From: Magallana gigas
Taxonomy: Eukaryota
Direction: 5' to 3'
Assembly (NCBI RefSeq): GCF_963853765.1
Contig: NC_088854.1
Span: 56,730,001-56,794,000 of the forward strand
DNA: 64,000 nt
The notes under the pieces are model-generated. The model made no database searches, was not told where the DNA came from, and worked only from the letters and a program-made list of their open reading frames with translations. Positions 35,268-61,975 of this stretch are shown piece by piece. Each line of letters opens with the position of its first letter. Position 1 is the stretch's first letter. The position numbers were made by a program, and so were the translations under genes.

Positions 35268-35273
35268 AATAAA
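35268..35273 (+). terminator. Polyadenylation signal, gene B
   Basis: AATAAA 41 nt after the TGA; context conserved in A and C. Confidence 0.6.
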
Positions 35274-35619
35274 TTAATGAATCTAGTAAATGTGTTGCAT
35301 TTGTATCTTTGATTTTCATTTCCTGCATGCCTTGAAGACAATGTTGTACATTTCACCTGAGGCAAGACAGAGGCCTGACACTGTCAGGCTCACAGTCTCT
35401 TATTATAATTCTTTATTTCAGATTACTCTCTAAGGTGGTATGGTTGGTGTTTTTGTTAATTTTTTCTCCCTATTTAATATTTAATGTTTACAATGCTTCA
35501 GTAGGGTATTTCTAATGGTCAACCAAAATTTTGGTGACAGTCGTTAAATTATTAGCGAGATACTCAGGTCATAATGCCTTGTTACTTATATGGAAACAAT
35601 TATAGCTCAAGTCATTTTT

Positions 35620-36020
35620 TTTACATTTTGGATTTCCATGTTTAGACCTAAAATAAATATGTCAAACGCTGGAAACTACTTATTTATGTACAAAACGAGT
35701 TAGCAGATAGAAATAAAAATTTGAGTGTCATTCGTAGAGTTATAAGCAAGATACAGAGTTCACAATTCTTGTTATGTACACAAGACTCTTATCACACTTA
35801 TTTTAGGTTTAAACCTCGAATTTTCTTTTGAAAATTCAAAATGTAAATAAAAACATGCTTTGAGCTTTGTTTACATAACAAAAAATTGAGCTATGTAGCT
35901 AAGTTATAACTTTAATTGACACTCAAAATTTGGTTGAATATTAAAAATGCCTTACTAACGCACTGGTTGTATTAAAAATAGAGTAAAAATGTTGACCAAA
36001 ATCGTGAACATGCCCCTTTA
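35620..36020. mobile_element. Decayed Kolobok-type MITE (family of 21452-21940)
   Basis: tttagacctaaaat, aaatttgagtgtca, and right end ttgaccaaaatcgtgaacatgccccttta. Confidence 0.6.
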
Positions 36021-36065
36021 TAAAAGAACTGGTATACTGAACCAATGAAAGATAAAACATGGAAC

Positions 36066-36261
36066 TGTAGCGTCCTTGCATTCTACATATAGGATTAAAC
36101 CAGAGTAAGTGTATCAATAAATAACATGTTCGTCATTGAAGACCTTTATTAAACCTTAAAAAACGTCACACCTAATACAGGGGCAATAACCAAACATAAC
36201 ACAATAAGGGATGGTATAGAGTTATCTCTCTTAGAAAACACAACGAACTACAAACACTACA
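36066..36261 (-). repeat. Candidate 3' LTR (~196 bp) of the Gypsy element
   Basis: Minus strand TGTAGT...GCTACA, preceded by purine tract AAAAAAGTAGGGA (rc of ~36262-36274), with internal minus-strand AATAAA. No partner LTR found. Confidence 0.6.
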
Positions 36262-38830
36262 TCCCTACTTTTTTGCAATAGAACTTTGTTCCAATAAGAA
36301 ATTCCATACTATTTTGTACATTGGCACAAAATAATTACTTGCATTGACAAAGAAATAATGAAATATTTAAAATTTAACATGAGGATTTCTAATTACATTT
36401 TACCCATACAAGAAAGCCATTTTACAGGTTTTTTTCCCAGGAAGTTATTATTACATAGAAAATTCCTCAAACCTTGACGGTAGTTTCTTATTTTGTACAG
36501 GTCTGCGCTGAACACCAACAGTTTCACTGCATGTATCATCGGAAATACTGACAGGTTCAATACTACATTGACTTTCTGAGTTATAACTAACATTTGTACT
36601 TGGGTGTGCCTCACAGTTTTCATTAACTCTCTCGTCAGTTTCACTCAATTTTGGTTCATCTTTATGTTCTCTCTCCTTGAATTTCTTCAAATGTGTAACA
36701 TTTTTTTTTGTACTGTACACCTTCATCTGATTCAATAACTGCACTATTGCCATTCATCTCAACAACTTTAAATGGTGATGTATTGAATGGTGTGGATAGT
36801 TTGTGTTTGCAATCTTGTTTTACAAGAACTGAAGCACTGGTATGAATATCGGATTCAACTGCTTTACGACGTTTGTCGGTTTGTCCATTTTCTTCTGTTC
36901 CGCATTGCGATCGCGTACTTCAAGATCATCAACGTTGTAGTAAAAAAGTTCAGGTAACTTTGTGCTAAGCTTGTGACCAAACAATAACTGAGATGGGCTT
37001 ACACCAGTTGTAGTATGCGGCCTATTGCGATTCATCAAAAGCAATTTATAAAGTTCCGCTTTCCAAGCGCGACCTTCAGCGTGAGCAATTCTAAGGCGTT
37101 TCATTATTGATCTATTTTGGCGCTTAACTTCACCATTCGCCTGCGGCAATAAAGGAGTCGTTCTGTGGTGAACAATACCGTTGTGCAACATGAAGTCATT
37201 AAAATACTGACTTACAAACTGAGGACAATTTTCTGTATTGACTGATAACGGCAACCCATCAGTTATAAAGAAATTTGAAATCAATGCTGTCATATTCTCA
37301 GACGAAATATTTTTCCTGATTGCGACTTCAAACTACCTACCTTAGTAATCAACTAGTACGAATATGTACTCCTTGCTCGGCAATGGACCTAAGAGATCCG
37401 CAGCGAGATTTTGCCAAGGCGCAGAAGGGAACTCAGTGCGTTTCATCGGTTCGGGTTTACTAGGCTGACTTACTGACACCCCCCGTAACAACTTCTGCAA
37501 AACTTTTCAACACATTTGTCAATCCCTGGCCACCAAACTATACTTCTTAACCGAGATTTCATTACAACGATGCCGGAATGTCCTGTATGCGCAAGTTGAA
37601 GAACTTGATCGCGCATTTGTGCTGGGAATACGTTTCGCGTACCTCGTAATACTAACTTTCCAATCGAACACAATTCGTTGCGTATTGGCAAATATTGCTT
37701 GAACTCGATGCGATGCCACTGCTGATAAACAAGACATTGTCTAACCGAACAAAGTTCTGGGTCATTCTCTGACACTATCTCTCTATATCGCGGGTTGTCA
37801 TAGCAATCGGTATTGCTTCTTCTACTACAAACCTAACATAATCGTTTACAATATCCTGCGACTTCTGCGGAATGTCATCCTTAACAAGACGTGAAAGCGT
37901 GTCTGCTATGTTCTTCAGACCCAGAATATACCGAACTTTAAATTTGTACGGCTGCACCCAACGTTCTATTCTAGCGCAGATCTTTGACTTCGCAGAATAA
38001 ATACATTCAAGCGTCTTTTGATCAGTGATTTTAACACTGATCTCAACACAGTAGAGATAAACATGAAATCTTTCACATGCCCACACCAGTGCTTACGCCT
38101 CTTTCTCCGTCTGAGAGTAACTACGTCGTTCCGTATCGCTCAAACTACGGCTCGCATATCAAATAACATGAAATTTATCATCTTGCTCTTAAACAAGTAC
38201 TGCCCCTTATCCAACGGAACTAGCATCGGCTATCACTGTAGTCGGCGCAGATTTGTCATAGAAGCCTTACTTATCGGCATCCGCAAGACGACGCTTCAGT
38301 TCAACAAATGATTCTTATTCCGATTTCCCCCATCTAAAACTTGCATCCTTACACGTCAACTCGCGTTATGGGGCAGCAATTGTTGCTTGATACAGAATAA
38401 ATTTACAACTGTAATTCATAAGTCCCAGAAAGCTACGAACTTCTACTTAAGTTTTTCGCTCTCACGCGTCGACGACAGTCTTTTATTAACATCTGCCGGA
38501 CCTATGCCACGACCAGACAACACATGACCCATAAAAACAACCTGTGAAATGTTAAATTGACATTTGTCCCTATTAAGAGTAAAACTTTTCTCATACAACA
38601 CTTTGACAACCTTTTCAAGACAGCTATCATTTCTATCACCGTTCTACTTGACTATTGGCATGTACAATGATATCATCCATAATGTACAATTAGACAAGGA
38701 TGGCACTTACCTGTAGGATAATTGGGATTATCCGAGTCCTTGTCGTACATTTAGAGCTAAATATGCAGTATGCAGCGCATGCGCAGAAAATGACCAATAA
38801 TTCATAGAAACAATAAAAGTTTTATCGCCA

Positions 38831-40050
38831 CTACCCATCATAGTTATGAAGTGTGAACAAATGAGAGCAAATGAGAGAGAGTGTGCCGATAAAAACTTCC
38901 AAAAACCAGGAATGGGAAAGGAGGGATTTAGCTAAAATTGTCTTTCCAAAAGAAACGTCTGATGACCCAGTCACTTTTTTGTAGAATTTGTAAATAGTTG
39001 AAGCATTTGACCACTCAGGAACATTAATGATATCTTTCAATGAAATTCCTACTTCTAAGGCTGCCAAAGTGGATGCACTTCCTGTAGAATGGGCTCCATA
39101 TCCGGTGATTTCGGACCTTATCAACACAGATTTAATCCATTTGGCAATAGTACATGAAGTAACTGGCTTATAAGGTTTGAAAATTGAGATAAATAGCATC
39201 GAGTTACATGTACTCCGTAATTCTTTAGTTCTATTAATGTAACACTGCAAAACTGACTTTTCACACAATTTCGCACACTTTGTGTAAGATGGTAGAATTA
39301 TTCTTTTGGCTGGCTTGTCTGGTCAGGAGGTTTTAGTCAATTTGTTAATTATAAAGATTGCCTTGGTCGGAAATATCTTCAACTGATTAAGATCCAAAAG
39401 TGAATTAGATTGTCCCCTATATGCAGACACTAAAGCTATTAAAATAGCTAATTTATGCTTTAAATCCTTAATGATAGTTTGTCATTACACGTTAATAAAT
39501 TAAGAAATTTCAGAACTACTGAAACATTCCACACACAAGCATATTTTGATACCACTAGTTTGAAATTTCAGAACTACTGAAACATTCCACACACAAGCAT
39601 ATTTTGGTACCACTGGTTTAAATTTTATACACCTTTCATAAACTGTACAACAGTTGGGTGCCTTTCAATTGGAAACCCATCAATCGGTGGAATAGTAGAT
39701 AAAGTTGAGCGATAACTGTTTATTGCCCTATATGACTTATATTTCTGAATTTCACAAAACAAAAAATCCTTAACCTCAATTATAGATGGTTAAAATGGAT
39801 CCACACTCTTGCTGCTACACCAGCCCAACCAGAGTCTATAAACAGATTGATATTGTTAAATAGTTCTGGTTCTCCATGCCTTACTAAGTATTTCCGCTGT
39901 TTTCTTTGATAAACCTTTTATAATGAAATGTTTCCGCACACTGTCCACGCTACTAGCTAGAGGGTCTTCTCCATCGTGTTCTTCTGTTCTAGGTCGTAAG
40001 GCAATGCCATTAAATTGTTCATTGTTGGAAGGAGAAATGGGTTTTTGCAA
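38831..40050 (-). pseudogene. Tyrosine recombinase ORF remnant of the DIRS element
   Basis: LFISIFKPYKPVTSCTIAKWIKSVL...GYGAHSTGSAST...WSNASTIYKFY. The H-x-x-R motif reads HSTG. A 58-bp tandem duplication at 39504-39619 and stops disrupt the ORF. Confidence 0.8.
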
Positions 40051-41421
40051 GACAAACGATCAACTTGTGGATACTATGGTTGTGTTTTCCAAATCGGACC
40101 TATCAGTATTAGAAGAGGATTGTCACTTAACACTTTCTGAAACACCGCTGATATTTGTTGAATGGAGGAAATGCAAAGACTTTTAGGTTCTTCCATGGAA
40201 TTGAGAAGGCATCTGTTGTCTAAGCCATACAATCTGGTTGCCATGACACATAACGTTGAATCTTGAAGTTTAGGCGAATTGCAAATAGTTCCACCTCTGG
40301 CTGAAAAAGTCGTTGAAATGTCTTGCAAGTTATCTGTTGGTTTAACTGCCATTCCATTTGATCCATAAAATGTCAACTGAGAAAGTCAGCATTCGTGTTC
40401 TCCATTCCTGGAATGTGAACTGCTGTCAGATGAATCTTCCTCACTATTGCCCATTCCCATATTTCCTTTGCAAGAGTGTTCATTGTTGTTGAATGAGTTC
40501 ATCCCATGTGATTAAGGTAAGCCCCTGATGTCTTGTTGTCTACTTGAATATGGATATTCTGACCATAAATTTGATTGGTCAAAGTCATTAGTACAAACTG
40601 AGCTGCTTTTAGTGTTAGGAAAGTGAGTCTCCTCCGGTTACCACCTGCCTGACACTCGGTGTTGGTTCATCTCTCCCCTAGCCTTTTTGAAAGCATCTTT
40701 CGTTATAATTATGGTCGGATCTTGAAAATGTACCGACTTCCCATTATGAATTTCTAAATTCTGAATCCACAATTTTTAATCCATTATTGATTCTGTAGAT
40801 AATGTCCTCTTCCATTGGAACGATTTAACTTGAAGCATGTCTTTTGTTTTGTCTCTTTCCAAACAACGATAATTAAGGGGACCTTGGTAAACAGCAGGAA
40901 ATGCTGCAATAAGGAGCCCTTTGCCATGTGCTACATGGGTTGTACTTGAAGAAGTAAATTTTGAATTTCTTCGAGAATTTGTTGAACATTCTCTTGAAGT
41001 AAAGAAACTGTTATCTATTCTGTATCTATCACGTAGCACAAGAACGGGAAAGATTGAGTCAGTTGATGGGAGTATTTCTATTCGTTGATTTGAAAACCTG
41101 CTTGTTGACATATGTTCACATATGTTCACTACCGGTGAACCTGTTTTCTCCACTGCCTGTGCACTCTTTGCCATTCACAGAGAATCGTCGATGTAAATGA
41201 TTCCTGATGAGACTTCAGGGCTGACATAACTGGCTTCGTGCATTTTTCCTTTGACCGTTGGTTTTGTAATTGCCTTTGATAAATCGATAGGAATCCCTTT
41301 GACGGGGACGAAAGGAATAAAAGGGGCCAGAGGATTTGTTGTTCTTCAAAAGCTTGGTAGTAGCCCTAGGAGCTTTTGAAATGTCCTTACAAGCTTTAGA
41401 AAGCTCTAAACCAAACAAGTA

Positions 41422-42836
41422 GAGGTATGTCCAATGCACGATGTTTTATCAATATTGTCGACATCGCAATGTTGGCCAATACCGAGTACACATTGTGTTA
41501 ATATCATATTAGTATAATTATTAAATTTGCATCTGCAGCGTACCATATATATCCTGTGTACATTTTCGATATCGCAATGTTGACCAACATCGAGTCGACA
41601 TTGTGTTCACATCGTGTTCCTTCTTTCTTATTTACATTGTCGACATCGCAATGTTGATCGACATCGTGTAGACATTGTGTCTACATCGTACCTCTTATAT
41701 CCTGTTTACATCGTCGACATTGTCGATATCGCATTGTTGACCAACATCGAGTCGACATCGTGTCTACATCGTGTGCCTTCTTTCCTGTTTACATTTTCGA
41801 CATCGCAATGTTGATCGACATTGAGTCAACATCGTGTCTACATCGTATCTCTTTTATCATGTTTACATCGTCGACATCGCAATGTTGACCAACATTGTGT
41901 ATTCATCGTGTGCCTTCTTTCCTGTTTACATCGTCGACATCGCAATGTTGATCGACATCGAGTCAAGATCGTGTCTACATCGTACCTTTTTTATCCTGTT
42001 TACATCGTCGACATTGTCAATATCGCATTGTTGACAAACATCGAGTCGACAGTGTGTCTACATCGTGTGCCTTCTTTCTTGTTTACATTGTCGACATTGC
42101 AATGTTGATCGACATCGAGTCAACATAGTGTCTAGATCGTACCTCTTATATCAGGTTTACATCGTCGACATTGTCTATATCGCAATGTTGACCAACATCG
42201 AGTCGACATCGCAATGTTGATCGACATCAAGTTAACATCGTGTCTACACTGTACCTTTTTTATCCTGTTTACATCGTCGATATCGTGTCTACATCGTGTG
42301 CCGTCTTTCCTGTTTACATCGTCGACATCACAATGTTGATCGACATCGAGTCAACATCGTGTCTACATCGTACCTCTTATATCATGTTTACATCGTCGAC
42401 ATTGTCAATATCGCAATGATGACCAACATGGTGATATTCTATATGTCTTACATTGTATAGTTCTACTCGCGATGTAGACAATGTAAATTCGATATTGGTT
42501 CAACATCGTCGACATTGAGATGTCGACAATGTCGACGATGTTAACAGCAAAGAAATATCGGCAATGTTGACGATGTAAACACGATATCGCTTCAACATCG
42601 TCAACGTTGCGATGTCGACAATGTCGACGATGTAAACGGCAAAGAAATATTGGCAATGTTAACGATGTAAATTCGATATCGGTTCAACATTGTCGACGTT
42701 GTGATGTCGACAATGTCGACGATGTTAACAGCAAAGAAATCTCGGCAATGTTGGCAATGTAAAATCGATATCGTATCAATATAGTATACATCGCGATGTT
42801 GACTATATCGACACAGAAATGTATTGGACATGAATG
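41422..42836. mobile_element. Foldback-type element built of CpG-rich tandem repeats, 8-bp TSD
   Basis: aacaagta at 41414-41421 and 42837-42844; inverted atgtccaat/attggacat 5 nt inside each end. Left arm repeats gtttacatcgtcgacat.. and right arm repeats the reverse complement gtcgacgatgtaaac. Removal restores DIRS gag VTDYLFGLELSK. Confidence 0.85.
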
Positions 42837-45800
42837 AACAAGTAATCGGTAACTTATACAGATTTTTTACACAAGTCTTTATGATCTTCTTAAAAGAAAT
42901 GTTTCAAGTGCTCTCTCCGAAATAGTGACATCAAAAATGAAGCATGTGATAAAAAAAAAGTTGCATCTTCAGATAGAGTAAGCAATTTATTGATGATTTT
43001 ATCTTTACGGTTTGGTTTTTTTCAACTCATTTGTCTGCTAGCATACTTGTAGCATAGATGCCACTACAAAGGGTACATTGGTTCCTTTGAAGTCCATGGT
43101 CCAAGTCTTTATTAAACCTAGACATCCTATAAATCGAACTGCTGACTGTCGGCACCAACAAAAATGGAACCTTACTTGGTCAATTATATTTTTGTCTCAT
43201 GTCTTTAACAAAATCAGACTCAGCTGTTGAATTACGCGCTTTATTCATCATGTCTGCCATTGACTTATTTACGCTATATGCAGTCTTACTTTTGGAGAAG
43301 GTTGAACCAAGTCGTGTTTCTTCGTCTTCTATTTCTACGTCCGAGTCATCGTCCTAGTTTTCCGATTCTGCAAAATCTAATTTGATGCTTATTGTGGGCC
43401 GACAGTCATCATCAGTTTCTTCCTCTTTGTTTTTATGCATCTGTGCCGTTAACTGTCTAATCGAGCTTACGAAGGCATCGATTCCCAAAGACTGTTGTAA
43501 ACAGGCGACAGTATTTTGATCGAGGATGGGCGCCGATATGATTGAAGTTGCCTCATTCGAACTTCCGGTAACACCCAAGCCCGACTGTGTGTAGGAATCC
43601 GCAATACTGCTAAGAGTAGTTGCCGTACTTGCGACTTTGCGCTTTTCTGCAACTTGGGTATAGTCCACTAATGCATTTTCCATAGGCGGTAATGTTAACG
43701 TTATGGTTCATAGCTCCGGCCCTAATATTCGTTCAGCAACGAGGAACCTCTTGAATGAAAGCTCATCAAATTGTCTCTTCCCTGTTAAAATTTCGTGGTG
43801 TGAAGTCAGATTCGTTTTCCGGCAAAATGCGTCTGTGTTGAAAAACTCTGAAAATGAAAGTAAAAGTAGGGAATTTCTCAGTTTTGGAAAGGGTGTACAT
43901 CAAACAATTTCAATTCTTTTCTTCAAATGATAATTCAATTTTGACACTTGTTTTTGAAATTGCAAATCCTCTTTTCTGACATGTGTCAAGCATTCTGATT
44001 TAAAATGTCCCAATAAATGTATATACACTCTGCAAGTATAGGGACTATTTTGCTGAAAGGCACTACTTTGTTGTCCTACCGATTCTAAAAATAGTTAGAG
44101 GGATATACCCACTTGTGTGACTGGTTGCAAAAATGGCTTTGATTGAGCAGACTGGAAAAGCCAACGTTTTGGTGAACCTTGCGCCAAAACAGAACCACTA
44201 TGAGTAGGCAAAGGGTGTAATGGCTGGCGTATCAAATTACCACTGGTGGGTCTACAAGCGACTTAGAAGTCGAATTTATTTCTGTCAGCATCAACAGTGA
44301 TAGAGTGTGGCAATGCCACAGAAAAGGTGGGATCAGAACCACAAATGATTGGCATTGAAGCCTCTGTGGGCACCATAGCTCTGGCCAATGGCGTCAGTGT
44401 GTTAAGCATCTCCGAAGATGATGTCGATTATTTCGCAGTATGTTCGCTAAGAGAGCCCGGGCGCTGCTGGATGAGGATAAATTCCTGTTTCTAATACATT
44501 TCAGGGACACAACTAATACCAAACAGAACCCGTTGGTATCTATAAAAACCCTTGTGTGTTACAAAGGTAGTACATGTAATATCACGAGATTCAGGTTTCA
44601 ATTCAATTTGGCGATATGCCCAAGTAACATCAAGTTTGCTAAAAATAGTACTAGAGTTCATTTCATGCAAACGTTCATCAACGGTTAGAATAGGATGACG
44701 AACTTTTTGGTGGCGGTATTGGCTTGGCGCATGTCTACGCACAATCTAATGTCATCACCTGAATGTTTCGGAACGCACACAAAGGGCGAAACCCACGAAC
44801 ACGGCTCTTCATCGCGTTCAAGGATGCCCAGGCCCCGGGATCATAAAATGTAGGCGAGGTCACTTTGATCTCAGTCTAACTTTCCATTAAATATTCCTTG
44901 TGGAAAAGTGAGACTGAGATCAAAAGTCAGCTTATCAGTTTTATGGCACTGGGGCCAGGTCAAGCAGTTAATCTAGCTTGTTGGCGAGTTCGTCACGCAG
45001 ATTATACGGTATCCGCCTCATTGGTTGAATCAATAGCTTAACACCTGGATCAGTTGGAACTTCTAGTTGAAGCGATTTCAGCTTTCCTACCCCCTTTGAA
45101 GCACTGAGGGTACTTATCAAACACAGAACGGTTATCTGCGTTGACGGCATTGCTAACGCTGCGCACAATCTGTCGAACACCCAACTGTAGAGCTGTATCA
45201 CGACCGAGTAGGGCCTGTCCCTTTCCATCGATGACCACGAATTCCACATCCGGTATAACGGTTTTGTTGTATTTAACTGTTGCTGTAAATATAAGAGCTA
45301 TGTTACCTTCAGGGGCTCTTGACTTCCATAAGCGAGAAGTTGCTTGTCAGCTTTTGATGAAGCACATTTGTTGCCTTTAATCGAGCATGCCGGCGTATTT
45401 GTTATCTAATAATAATCTGTTCTTTTATAGTTAGTTTTTGAAGAAAACAAAAATTAAACTGAGGCACTCATTAAGTGGGAGAAGAATTTAGAAATTCTAG
45501 TTGGTGTGTAGAATATAAAACCAGAAGCTAATAATTGTCAGACTTTTACCTGAGTATCGTGACAGCTGATGTTACTTATTAAAGATGCAACACAAAACAA
45601 GAGGTGATTATGGATAGGATAACAAAGATAATTAATGGACTAAAGAGATGTAAAAACTTATTTTAACAACAACATATTTCCAGTCCTTTTTGTTTAAATT
45701 TCCTTTCCGGTGCATACAAATAGATTTCAGTAGAGTACAAGCTGTTTCTACAATGTCAATCTCAAAAGCTTGAGAACACATACTCTGCCTTTATTACTGC

Positions 45801-46838
45801 TTTGCATTTTTACGTTGACCCAGTAAGACAGATTATTCTTATCAAATTTCAGTTTATCGTCAAATACTCTCCAGTCATCCCCGAATTCTTGATTGATAAG
45901 GTAGCATTGCTCTCATGCTTTCCGGTATGATTCTGAAAGACACCATGTTGTTAAGTCCATGTCTTCTCTCTTTGATTATCTAAATCCTCAGGTAAGTCCA
46001 TAATTATATACCCTTATTTTAATGATGCTTGTCGCCCACATTGACTGTATCTGGAACAACAGAAAGTTAAATTTATTTACTGTGTTCAACTAAACAGTCA
46101 GATCAGTGGTGTTAAAGTCCAGCGTACAAACAAATGATAACGTACATATACATGAATAAATTCGATAAAAACATATGTCCTTGTTGCTTGAATTTTATCA
46201 TTTCTCAGAAATCTCACTGGCGTGGTATTTTTAGTGTTCAGTTCTGATAGGAATATTAATGGAGGAAGTGTAAGTTCCAATCGTGTACTCTTGTTTTGTG
46301 AAATGTTCAGTATGATTGTGAACAAAAAAAGAGTATGTACCGGAAGTGAGAACTATAAGAAATTGTTTAATGTAATTGTTTATTGAAAAGGATCATATTT
46401 AAAGCAGAAATTAAACTTGGACCCTTCATATCGAGTTAGCCTAATAGATGTGTTAGGCTAATATACATGGTCCATAATTAATAGTTTTAAATACTGTTTT
46501 CTCCCCACCCCAACCCCCTTCCACTCCATCGAATACTCCCCTTTCTATATACAAAAGGTAGGTTTACCTTGTTATAGTGTTATCATTGGACTAAGCAACA
46601 TTGTATACACTGCCAAAACAAGGTACCATCGGCCATGCCATATCAGCAGCAGTAGGAAAGGAGGAGTGAACAGAAAAGAGTGAAATGTTGATCCATAGTA
46701 ACTTAGTTCTGGTGCTCCTTCACTGAGCTATCTTTGAAGAGTTTTCTAACCTGTTGTTATCATATAATAATTCAGAAATATGACTGGACACTGTTTCAGG
46801 TGTATTTGATTTAATTCACTGTTTCTTAGGTGGATGTA

Positions 46839-46874
46839 ATGATGAGCTACTCACCTAAAGACCAGAAATTTTGA
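46839..46874 (+). promoter_or_regulatory. uORF in the start exon of C (MMSYSPKDQKF*)
   Basis: ATG at 46839, TGA at 46872-46874, 35 nt before the main ATG at 46910. An extra ATG-TAA sits at 46834. Confidence 0.5.
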
Positions 46875-46909
46875 AGGTGAAAAAAAATAAAAACACTATA
46901 GCTGTGACA

Positions 46910-61180
<14,271 letters not shown>

Positions 61181-61238
61181 ATTTTTGATATATTGATCAA
61201 TGTTTTGTTTTTAGAACTCTTTAAATGGTTTTTATCAA

Positions 61239-61244
61239 AATAAA
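61239..61244 (+). terminator. Polyadenylation signal, gene C
   Basis: AATAAA in the conserved tttatcaaAATAAAtt context. Confidence 0.6.
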
Positions 61245-61952
61245 TTCTTGAATTCAGTACATGTGTTGCATTTGTTATGTTTGTTTTCATGTCCTGCATG
61301 CCTTGAAGACAATGTTGAATCTTTCCGCCGAAACAAGACAAAGCTTCCACAGTCTCCGATTTTTAATTTTTTGTTTTGTTTACTCTTTAAAGCTTAACAT
61401 CGGTCGTTAATATTTCTTTCTCACCACCGCTGTCCCTTCAACCCCTATATAAGGCACAGATCTCTAAACAGTTAAAAATATATTGCTGTTGAGATCTCAC
61501 CTGTGTTAACGTACATTTTGCCTCGGCGTGTTAATTGGTTGCAGCGAAATTATCGAATTTTACGTTCTTTTTTCACACCATTGGAATACTAACATCAATT
61601 CTTTTGTACTTGCACTTAACAAGAGCAATAAACGCAAAAACAAAATACAATATTTATTTTTTGCATTTGCGTTCTTGCATTACAGAAAGTCACTCCCACA
61701 CAATCTGCAATATTCAACATCAATATTCTGCAATATTCAACATCAACCACATCTGAAAACTTCTGAAGTTTTCATTTGACAAGCAGCTTGTCATATTTGC
61801 TCAAGAACACATTACCATAATACCGGTATACTCAATAAGAACCTTATCAAGTACTGATTACCACAACCACACACTTTAAACTTTCCCGTGCAAAGTTTGA
61901 ACGCCAGAATGAATACATATCGAACACGACTTACCTAAAAAAAAAACCTTAA

Positions 61953-61975
61953 GCCCCGCCCCTATCTCTTATTGG
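61953..61975 (-). promoter_or_regulatory. Possible GC box plus CCAAT box
   Basis: gccccgcccc (61953-61962) and attgg (61971-61975) in AT-rich DNA; no associated exon identified. Confidence 0.2.

Larger units (their letters stand above)
38703..44480 (-). mobile_element. Decayed DIRS-like tyrosine-recombinase retrotransposon
   Basis: Gag-like RQKYN.PSKVPFLLVPTV and VTDYLFGLELSKACKDIS. RNase H LKAAQFVL...IHIQVDNKTSGAYLNHMG...LAKEIWEW...AVHIPGMENTNADFLS. Methyltransferase-like DAFSIPWKNLKVFAFPPF...ILIGPIWKTQP. YR domain downstream. End acttacctgtagg; RT core largely eroded; boundaries approximate. Confidence 0.85.
36066..45380 (-). mobile_element. Decayed Ty3/Gypsy (Mag-like) retrotransposon split inside RT by a DIRS element
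   Basis: Right part 44490-45380: protease end EFVVIDGKGQALLGRDTALQLGV, IQPMRRIPYNLR, RT IFSKLDVTWAYRQIEL...FVTHKGFYRYQRVLFGISCVPEMY. Left part 36450-38700: IMDDIIVH, RNase H WACERFHVYL...NIADTLSRL, integrase LAHTGHSG...WWPGIDKCVEKFCRSC and TTPLLPQANGEVKRQNRSI, C-terminal KLPSRFEEF. Confidence 0.88.

Noticed and set aside
38831-39268. Functional or domesticated tyrosine recombinase
   Set aside because: Catalytic Arg replaced by Gly, N-terminal part disrupted by stops and a 58-bp duplication, and it lies within a dead DIRS.
41614-42831. Multiple ORFs in the ORF track (HRRHRNVD/VYIVDIV repeats)
   Set aside because: Translations of the foldback tandem repeat; low complexity and open on both strands.
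45690-45990. Possible additional integrase fragment (IIPESMRAML, EIDIVETAC) on the minus strand
   Set aside because: Heavily frameshifted; the similarity is only suggestive.
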